From Oikopleura dioica (lineage: Eukaryota > Animalia > Chordata): 64,000 nucleotides of DNA. The stretch covers positions 15,562,001 through 15,626,000 of the forward strand of contig OU015567.1 of NCBI GenBank assembly GCA_907165135.1, read 5' to 3'. Made by a program: the position numbers and the translations under genes. The notes beneath the pieces are model-generated. The model saw nothing but the letters and a program-made list of their open reading frames with translations. It searched no databases and had not been told where the DNA came from. This document shows, in pieces, positions 50,495 to 60,700 of this stretch. Position 1 is the first letter of the stretch; each line of letters opens with the position of its first letter.

Positions 50495-52856
50495 TGTCTG
50501 ATTTTTAGATTCCCTTTAACTTTTCAGATTTCTATTCATAATCATAAAAAAACCAAAAATGCACAAAAAATGAACCGTAAAACCCCTTGAAGAGACGAAG
50601 TTAGGTTTTGAGCGAAGCACCTAGTTATAAGAGACAAATCAAAGTAATATTCTTGTATGTAATGAAAAAGAAATATTTCTGTTATAACAGTTTCAAAATT
50701 AGAAATGTTTGTTTTCAGTTGCTTTCGTGAAAATTTCGGAAAATTGTTATTTTGAAAGGGAAGGTTAGACTGTATTCAGAGCCGCTAAGTTTGATGCATA
50801 AATGGTGCTTTGCGAATTTCGCGGAGGAAATGATGCGCGATCGAAATAGCTAGTGGTCGACGTGGGGATAAGCCCGCAAATATGTGCTCTGCCAATCATT
50901 TTTATGCTTTTTGTCACGAGTTCTTTTATGAAGCTGACTCATTGTCGAATTTAGTCTTTATGAAGAAAAAAGCTACTCAATTATACATTTTGAGGTAAAT
51001 TCTTCTTTCTGGTCGCATGGTGGCGCTTTTTTTTATCGACGAGCAAATCAGAACTGTCAAATTTATTCTTACCACAATGCAAATTTTACCCATAAAGTAT
51101 AGATATCTCTAACTAAAAGCCGCACTGTGGCGCTGTTTTTCTTCTTTTCGGCCAATCAGAAGCCGTTTCCATCAAGTTTTAACTTCTACTACTCACATAG
51201 TGGCGCTTTTCGCTACGAAAGAGTCAACCAAATCGAGTTCGCAAATTTTACCATATTTTTATGGAAATTCTTCGTAAATCAAAAAATCTCTTTTATGTAC
51301 GCATTGTGGCGCTGTTTGGTCCTCTTCTCGGCCAATCAGAGGCCGTTGTTTCGTTGAACTTGAACTTCAACTCAAGTTTATTGAGTAGATTTTTCAAAGA
51401 GGTATTTGTTTACTGTTTTCGTTTGGCTGAGAGGTGACGGCACTGGTTATAGCTGTTCTTATGTTTCGTTGAATGGTTGATCCGGCTTCAATAGTATCTC
51501 GGGGCTCGTTAAGCGGCGATAAGCGGCGGACATTAACATTTGAACCGGCTTCTAAATTGCTGTTGCTTTGAAGTGCTATCGCCGCCAACTCAAGAACTTC
51601 TTTCTAACGAGCGAAAAACACGTGCGCCCAACAGTTAGTCACTTTCACTTTTTCGTTGCTTTTTTTCAGCTTCGTCATCGAAACCCAGTTATTATGACGG
51701 ACACCTGCTTTCGAAGAATAATTACTCTTTTAGAACTGATTTTAAAAAGAAACCAAGCCTTCAGGCTTTCTTTTCAATCATCCTGATTTAAGGGGGTCAC
51801 CGTCAATAGCCGCTTTTTTCGCAAATTCGTTTGAAATATTTATCATTTCGACACCCTTAATTTTAATCTAAAAGGAAGGTTTTCACTTCTTAAATTCTAG
51901 ACCAATCAGATTTCCGCTTTCAGCCGATAGGCCAATCAGATTTCAGAAAAAATTTATTGAGATTTTCAGTTTTCTAAAAATCCATTCCGGATTAGTGCTA
52001 GAAAATCTGTTTTTTGATGTGGAACACTTCTAAAGCCGAATACATTATTCTCGCGTCAAAGAATTGTTGTCGAACATGTAAACTACAAAATCTTGTGGCG
52101 ACTGCCTGTATTAGTCTGTTTCTAAAACACTTTCCCAATCTTTTATGAATTTCACTGATTCCCTGAAATTAAAAAACCCTCCATTTCGGCTGAAAATAAA
52201 TGCCTCGTCAGCAGCCGAAAATCTCGGGCGTCAATATTTGGGATTTTGTCGTCGAGTTATTTTTAAAAAAATCGCGCACGTATTGAGCTGCTCTAAGCGG
52301 ATTTTGAGCAATTTTCTGTGAGCGTTTTAGTCAAATATTGATAAGCAAAATATTAAATCAAAAATCAAACGAAAATCTCGCTTTGAGCAAATTACAGAAT
52401 CGCGTATTAGTTTGTTTAGAATCACTTGTTATGCCCAAATATTCATGACTAGACATCGATTTAAAACTTTCCTCAAAATTGAATTTCCGACTTAAGGACC
52501 CCCCCCCCCTTCAATTTTTTTGGTCGAAAAAAAGGGATTCTGTCTGGAACCGACAAAAAAATTCGACAAGTTTTGCGTGGGCGGCTACTCGGCTGCTGAT
52601 TGGCTGGTTTGCAGAATCAGGGCTTCTGATTGGTCGAAAAATTCCACGCAAAATTTGTCGAAATTTTTTGTCGGTTCCAGTCAGCTCCCAGAAAATCAGT
52701 CTGAAAGTCATTCTTCAGCCATAAAGTGCAAGCTCACATGAAAAAGCATCCTACTTTGCCCGAGGCCCCATGCAAAGTTGACGCAGTCCTTTTACTTTTC
52801 CCTCGTTTGTCGCAGTAAAGAATCGCTTGCTTTTTGCTTTTTAATTTATTCTAGCG

Positions 52857-53036
52857 ATGGATTCGCTGCTTATTTTCTTCATGACTTTTGGACCAGTATT
52901 TGCTTTGCCGCTGCTTTATTATTGCTGTCAAAATGGGCCGGAATCGAGAAGAGGTGGAGGAGGAGACGGAGACGGGGGAGGAGATTTTGGCGGTGGAGGA
53001 GACGGCGGCGGCGGTGGTTGCGATGGTGGGGGATGA
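52857..53036 (+). CDS. 59-aa microprotein: N-terminal TM segment, Cys-Cys, Gly/Asp-rich tail
   Basis: MDSLLIFFMTFGPVFALPLLYYCCQNGPESRRGGGGDGDGGGDFGGGGDGGGGGCDGGG*. A pyrimidine-rich acceptor (TTATTCTAG) lies 2 nt before the ATG; Gly codons vary synonymously. Confidence 0.65.
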   Translation: MDSLLIFFMTFGPVFALPLLYYCCQNGPESRRGGGGDGDGGGDFGGGGDGGGGGCDGGG

Positions 53037-54516
53037 AAAAAAAACTTTCTGTATTTTAATTGAATGCTTATATTTTGATCTGTTTTGAATAAATAGTGGT
53101 ACTTTGAGAAATTATTAACAGTTGATGATATGAAGCTCTCTTTTCTGAAAATTTCGAATAAGTGAGATCAAGCAAAGCAGGATAAAAACAGCGATTGAGA
53201 AAAATGAAAACGGGGAAAATATAGAAGTGTCGATAAAATCATCGTATTTCTTTTTCAGTTCGCTTCCGTCCAGGCTGAATTCGCTGCTTCCTCCAATCGT
53301 CAGAATTCTATGGAGCAGTATTGGTAAAACAGTCTCGTTTGTTTTTGACTTACAGTAAAGAAACTAGAAATAAAGCTAAAATCGAAAAAACTTTAAATAT
53401 CTCCAAAACCATATTAGGTCCTTTTTCTCTAAAAACAGATAACCTCATCGATTTTGGACTTCATCTCATTGATGACTTTTTTATATATATTGTCACATGA
53501 CTTTATACGATACTCATTGATCGCAAGGACAAGTTTCTGCGCAAAAATAATTTCTTGAACCTACAAAGCAATGGCCAAAGAAAAAAGAAATATCATCAAA
53601 GTCTTATTTCTCGCCGAAAACATTTCACTCTTGAAAACACATTTACATAAACAACTCGAACTCATCGATTTCGGATTTATATTTTTTTATCCGATCTTCA
53701 TTTGCACAGCTGTCAAAAAAATCAATTATTGCATTTGACAGTCAGGAATTTATTTATTTTCAAATAGAACTCGAAGGAAACATTTTACAGAAAACTCGAT
53801 TTTCTGAAAAAATTAAAAAAGTGATACCCTTATTTTGGTTTTTAATAAAGTATAATTGAATAAACAAGTTTTGGCGAATCGACAATCTTTAATTTTTAGA
53901 TGAATCCTAACAAATTTTTGCTCCACAAGGCATAAAAGATTCGAGAGAAACGTGCCTTTTTCGAATTTCTGTTGTAAATCAGCTCCGATTACGGATTTTC
54001 AAGCATTTCCGTTCTGGTCACTCTTGCGCTACCAGCTCAGCTAAACGATTTTTGGTTCCAAAAACGACTTTGAATCCCTCTTAGAAGCGATTTTTTGCGA
54101 TTTTTTCTGCTCAACTGAGCGGCACTAGAATCTGGTCTAATGGAACTTACTCAGAATAAAGACACAAAAGAAAGTGAAATAACTGGCTTCGTCAGTACCG
54201 TTTAAAACTTCGAAAGTGGGCCACTTTTGCGGTCTTGTTTGTTTAGCCGAAGAGGGTGATATCGGATATTTAGAAACGAAATTCGCGGATTTGGGCGAAT
54301 TAAGGTCTGAGTAGAAGAAGAATCAGCGGAGGTGTGAGTACACCTGCGCCAGGACTCGTATAACGTGACTTTTTAGTTTCTTTTTCGATCCTTCAAAACT
54401 CGGTTTTTCTCCAGGAGAAACATGTTTTTAAGGCTTGAGTTAGGGTCACACATTGCCAATGTGACATTGGGGACATTTCCTACGTTAGAGGAGCTTTCCT
54501 TCAAAGTTGCCTCTTT

Positions 54517-54854
54517 GGCGACATTCCGTGACATTTGGCGATATTCAGCGAAGTTTGGCCACATTCGGCGATATTTAGCGACATTCGACGACATTCAGCG
54601 ACATTCGACGATATTTAGCGACATTCAGCGACATTTGGCGACATTCGGCGTTATTCGGGGACATTCGCCGACATTCAGAGACATGCAAAGAAATTCGGCG
54701 ACATTTAGCGACATTCGGCGACATTCGGCGACATTCAGCGACATTCCGCGACATATGGTGACATTCGGCGACATAAGGCGACATTCAGAGACACTCAGAG
54801 TAATCCGGCGACATTCAGCGATATTCGGCGATATTCAGCGACATTTAGTGACAT
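54517..54854. repeat. Minisatellite, ~34 copies of a 10-bp unit (G/A)GCGACATT(C/T)
   Basis: A direct tandem array with scattered substitutions and no spacers. Confidence 0.9.
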
Positions 54855-55757
54855 AATTGGGGATCTAAACGTTAAACATTTTTTTAGTAGAGTCTTTATT
54901 GCATAAAGACGTCGCAAATGTTATACTTAATCGCGGCTTGTGCTGTTGGAATTATTGCATGTGAATCTGGCATGTTTTCGTAAAAAAATCGTTGCGGATC
55001 GAAAATCCTCTTAAAACGCAGGAGATCTTGTTCTTTCACGTTCCACGTAAATTTCACAAGTTCGATAATTATGATTAATCGCGTCGACCCGAATTAGCCG
55101 CGCAAATGGAACTATCAAATTAAACAACAGTAGTTGTTCCAAAGTGAGCGAAGAAACGCAATTAGCACGTTTTGCCAGGAATTTATTTTTCGCGAACGCG
55201 CGACATTTTCATAACTAACAAACGCACGCGTCTACCGACACTAACGCCCACTAATTACGCTACTTTAGGACGCCATTCTCGGAGGCCAGGAGTTTATGCA
55301 TTTATCAAATTTTAAATATAAGTTGAGTAATTTTAAAATTTCAATTTCAGTACCTTGAATATTAAATTGATAATTATAAATTTATATTTATTCAAATTAT
55401 AAATGAATTTTAAATTCTAATAACAGTGATTTTTTATTCTTGAATTTTAATTGAAAATTTTATTTTGATTGAAAAATTTTAAGGAAATTGACAATTTCCG
55501 GACGGCAGTTTTGAGAAGAATATAAGTCTTATTTTAGACCAATCAGATATTTGTTTTCCCCCGTTGGACCTGTCAGAAACCGGAGAAATATCAAGTTATT
55601 TTTTTCGTCAAAAATTGTCGATTCCCGGGACCAACCATATTTTTTGATTGAAAATAGAGCAGAATTCTGAGCAGTGTTTGCACAAAAAAATGCAAATATT
55701 TGTCCGGCAAAGCGATCATCAAACACCTCAAATTTCACAAAAGAGATACAGTTACAG

Positions 55758-57567
55758 ATGGAAGGAACAGTGATAAACGATAGGTATAAGGCGGTAAGAG
55801 AGCTGAAGCCTGCCAGAGATGGGAAAATTTACTGGGTTGTTGAGGACCAGCAAAAAGGTAAAAAAGAAAGGAAAAATTTTGAGAAATATTCTGGTAGGGA
55901 AAGAGTTGAAGATGCTCAAAGGAATTGCTCTTTTCGACGAAAAACAGGAGGAAGAAGCGAAACTTGAAGTTGATCTTCTTCGACGACTAGGTTCGGGTTT
56001 TGAAAATTTCGATTAAACGCCAGATGGCGGCGCTAAAGCGACCTCATATCCCCCAAAAAGACCATCCTCATGTCGTCAAACTTCTCGACGACATCTCATT
56101 TACTGCTCCGAACAACCAAAACTACCGAGGACTGATTTTGGAATATCTTCCAGGAGGCGACTTGTCGCAGTTCTTTCAGAAGAAACTCGAAAATGGTAGA
56201 TTAAAATTTTAAAAGATTTTGCAGTTTAAAAATTCTCAGAGGGAGGTGAAAATGAAGAAGAATGGGAAGAAAACGATGCTCTTGGGATTTGTGCGCAGAT
56301 TGTTCTTGCTATGAGTAAGTTTTTCCTTTATTAGACTGATCTTGATTGATTTAAAGACTACCTGCACGGCGAGAATATCATCCATCGGGATATTAAGCCG
56401 GAAAACATTCTTTTTTTTGCTGATGAAAAAGAGGTAGGTTTCATTGTTGAGAAATCGTCTTATCCCAAATTTGAAGATCAAAATCGCTGATTTCAACGTC
56501 TCCCGCGTGACTGAAGGAACCATGAGCACTGGTATTGCAGGATCAATGGAATATATTCCTCCAGAGAGTCTTCAAGCTCAAGGAAATGAAAATGCTTCTT
56601 TCAGTCTTGATATTTGGGCGATGGGAATCTTTTTTCAAATGCTCTGCACTTTCAGGTAAACTTTTTTTAATGTTTTTGTTTTCTTACTTCTTTGAAGGCA
56701 CCCTTTCGCGACTGGGAATCTCTTTCAAACGATCAACAACATCGCCCAAAATCTCCGAAACCCGGCGGAGGTCGTTTTCCCGGCGATGGAAAGTTTGATT
56801 CAAGAATGTCTCAAAATCGACCTTGGAGAAAGAGCCGCAAATGCAGCAGCTTTGATGAATCATCGCTCGATCGTCAGTTTGGTAAAACAGCTTCAAAATA
56901 GAATTCGACCGAAAGACTTGGTTTTCGGAAAGAATCGGGTGGAGACGACGGAAGTTATCAACGAGCATTTGAACAAGGAGAATTTGGAACTCAATGGGCG
57001 ACTTGAATTCAAAATTGAAACGATTGGAGAATTGAGAAAGATGATAACAGACAATATCCTGGCTTTCTTCGGCGATGCTTGGAAGAGTGGATTTGGATTT
57101 TACAGCGGCAACGACTCTTCATCTCTCCGAAAAGAACACGACGAAGATGCAGTGCGACTGGTGCTTCGAGCAATGGCAGCTGGGTTCACGACTTTTAATT
57201 TGAAGAGATTGGATAAAATCGCATTTTTTAGTTTTTTTGATTTTTTTTTTCGACGCGATTTTCATCCAAAATAAAGTTTTTGCGCGACAAAAATTTAGAA
57301 GTTTCGGAAGCTGGATGGACGATCCGACATCAATGGAGCGACGGCTTCTGGAAAATGTGGATTCTTTTGAACGGTATTGATTGTTGAATTTGAGATTTTT
57401 ATTTTTTAGGAAAACGCGTCGACTTTCAAGCAGACGCGGACGATATTCACTGTTTGAATGGGAAGAGCGAAAACTCGGCGAAGAAGTTGACGCCGGATTC
57501 ACAAGGAATGGTCAAACTCGAAGGATATTATGCTTTTGTCCGCTGGAATATAACCATTTTACAATAA
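55758..57567 (+). CDS. Ser/Thr kinase-coiled coil-VRWNI domain protein K5 (9 exons)
   Basis: MEGTVINDRYKAVRELK..., [35 protein letters not shown]..., SGFGFYSGNDS, ...FVRWNITILQ*. TTACAG acceptor directly before the ATG. Confidence 0.85.
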
Positions 57568-57745
57568 AGAGAACTTTAAATATTATTTCAGCATCAGATA
57601 TTGACTTGATGATTTTCAATAAAATTCCTCTCATCATTAGATTTTAAAAATTCATTATATTTTCAATCTTGATTCCCAATTTATTTTTCAAAATTCAATT
57701 CAATAAAAAAAACAAAAGAATAATTCTCTTCGTGCGTGTTTTCGT

Positions 57746-60700
57746 TCACAGCGTCTGATTCTTGTCCTTGAGACTCTTGTTCTTTTTGTCCTTCTTACGT
57801 CCGAAGCTGAAAGCGAGTAAGCGACGAATTGCGACAAATTGTCAATTTGCTTTTTACCTGAATAGGGAGCGCTTTTTCTTACGAGCAACCACTTGGTCAG
57901 TTGAATCAATAGCTACGGCTTCGGCTTTTCCGACGTCTTTTTTGAGAGTTCAATTATTGATTTTACAAAATTAAAGAAAAGTTCGATGTTGGAAAATCCA
58001 TTTCTTTCGGCGATTTATCTTTGGTTATTTCGGTTTGGCCAATTATTTGGACAGATGGCTTCTTTTTGGCCATATTTTTTGGTATTCAAATTATTTTTGG
58101 TCAAAAATTTGGTCAACTTTCAGCTAAAAAATCGATTTTATTCAGTTTTTGGCCAAAAATGCGGCTTTTTTCTAGAATTTTTGGCCATTTTGAAGCTCAA
58201 AAATAATTTTTTACCCCAAAAATTTTGCCCGAAATCATGAAGTGTCCATTTTATTAAATTTGTAAGTTGAAAGAAAACTTCTAAATTATCGATCTACGTT
58301 TTAAGAATTTAAAAAAGCCACTTTCTGGCCAATTTTCGTTCGCTTTTCTCGACTTTAAAAACCATCAACTATTCGGCTTGGAGATATTTTGCGCGACCCC
58401 TGAACCCACGAAGAAAACGACCAAGAGAATGTTTTTTTCGGTCGCCGATTTCAAGAACTCTTTCCTTCTTCGATTGCCAGTTTTGAAATTGTCTTTTTCA
58501 GGGGCACCTTAAAAAATTTAAATGTTTAAAATTTTTAAATCACTATTTTCAATAATGATACCCTTATTTTTATTCTATGAACTCAAAAAAAACATCAATA
58601 TTTATCTCATATTATGGTTATTTTTATGTTTTCATAAAGAAAGTTGTTTTCTAATCCGACAGCTGATTGGCTGCCTACCGGTCGGTATCCGGGAATAAAA
58701 CCTTTTGATTGGTTGAAATTCATCGCTTGAAATCGCGAAGAAACGTCAAAAACTCACTGTCGCGCGAAACCGTCGAATCTCAAATTTGTCCTATTGTCCC
58801 TAACCCTTACCCTTAGCATATTACATATTCAATTATCAAATAAATCTCAAAACTTACGAATGGTGGCAGATGAGCTCTTCTAGCCAGCGAGGGAGTAGTC
58901 TGCGTGCCCCACTGGTTATCTTCGAGGACGCGTTTGAAGCTGGATCTCGTCGACCTTTTCCGAGTTTCCGAGGCGAAAATGTCAGCTACAGTATCCAGCC
59001 GCGCCTAATCCGGATGCACGTGGCCGGGCACTGTGGCTGATTTAAGTCCCCCGAAATTTTTACCCTTTTCTACTTTCTTTAATGATTAGATAAGGAGCAC
59101 TGGCGATAATGCGCCAGGAAGGTCATTTAGAAACTTTTTGGCTTTTTAGAAAATACCGATTTTTTTAAGAAAAAATTTTGGTGACGCAAAACTTGGAAGC
59201 CTGTTTTGATGATCTTTGAGTAGTTTCTCCATTTCCCTGAGTTCTGCCTGCGTCGCCTGAAATAAAATAAACATTTTGAGAAATTCTGAGTTGAAGCGCT
59301 TTTTTTTCGAGTTTGTATCTTTTTTGGGTACTTGGCGGTTTCCAAGCTTCTTTTCCTCTTCCGTATTTAAAAAGTCAGTTTTTCCCGGAAGAAAGGAGCT
59401 TCATAGAAGGCCGGAGAAATTGAGGATTATTGATTTTAACCCATTGAAAGCAAGATGTCCAGATTTTGCCTTTTAGCCATTTAAGCAGTAAAAATTCAAA
59501 AATCTTGTTTTTGAGTCAAAATTTCTTCTCTAATGAAATTAACCCGTCAACTAACCGGGTCCCTTTTCGTGCAAAAAGTCATTAATTAACCTTTTCAATT
59601 ATTGAAATTTCAAATAAAATGAACTTATTTAGTATAGAAGCAAATTTTTGAGCTTTGGCACAAAAATGGACATTTGGACTCAACAGGTTAATTTCATAAG
59701 CTAAGCTTTTTCGGGTAGTCTCTCGGAAAAATTGAGCTTCATAGAAAGCTGCCAAAATTAAGGATTCTTGATTAACCTCAAACAACAACATCTTCCAAAT
59801 ATTTCAACCCCATTACATAATCAATTATAAACGAGTCTGAAGGCCGGCGCTTACAATCTTACTGTATCTTCCCGAAAGCTGCCATCGCTGTTTCTAATAC
59901 TTGTTTGAAGCAATTGATAAATCCGAGATTAGGAAAAAATTGCGTCTTGGGGCGGCCGAGAAATTCTTCGACTGCTAATTATGCTAATTCAAGTCGTTAG
60001 TATTGTGAAAGAGGCACTTGAAAAAATGATTATCTGATTTTCACTTTGCCAATTATTTTACCTATGCAAATTCTGGTTCTCTCTTTGATAACTGTAAATC
60101 CTGTTTTCCGCGAATTTAAAGTGAAAAAAGAAAATGGATATCTTTTTGCAATAAAAAAATTTCGAGTCAAATTTGCGATTTTAGGGCTCATTTTTAAGAC
60201 TTAACCCACCGACGCGTAATGTCGTTTTTTGAGCCAATCAGCTGAAATTCGGATTTTAGATTATTAATTCATCAATTTTTTCGTGATGAATTTATTAAAA
60301 TAAATCATAAACCGACGAATTGCCGATAATTGGCTCAAAAAGGGACGCTTTCAATCAATGGGTTAATAAATTAAAATATTTTCATCAGTTTCAATAATTT
60401 TAACCAAAGAAATTTGCCGTGAAAGTTTAATTATAATAATCAGCTCTAGAATTGGTAATGAGCAAAATTCGGTCATCTTGACTCCAGCGGGTTAAAAAAT
60501 AAATACAGAAATAAGAACCGGTTAATAGAAAACACTTTCTACGGTAGCTAAGAAAATATTCTTCTCGATTTTGATCAAAAGTGTTGACTTAGAAAGTAAT
60601 AGTGTTGTAAGTTGTTTTAGTAAATAAGCGCGTCGACGGGTTAAGTTCTGAGGGTTAAGCGCTTTGTTAAGCTTGCTTTACCTTGATTTCGTCGGCTTTC

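Noticed and set aside
54373-54856. Repetitive ORFs (RHSATFSDI...) and a CRISPR-like look
   Set aside because: A pure 10-bp tandem array with no unique spacers and no cas genes, in a eukaryotic context.
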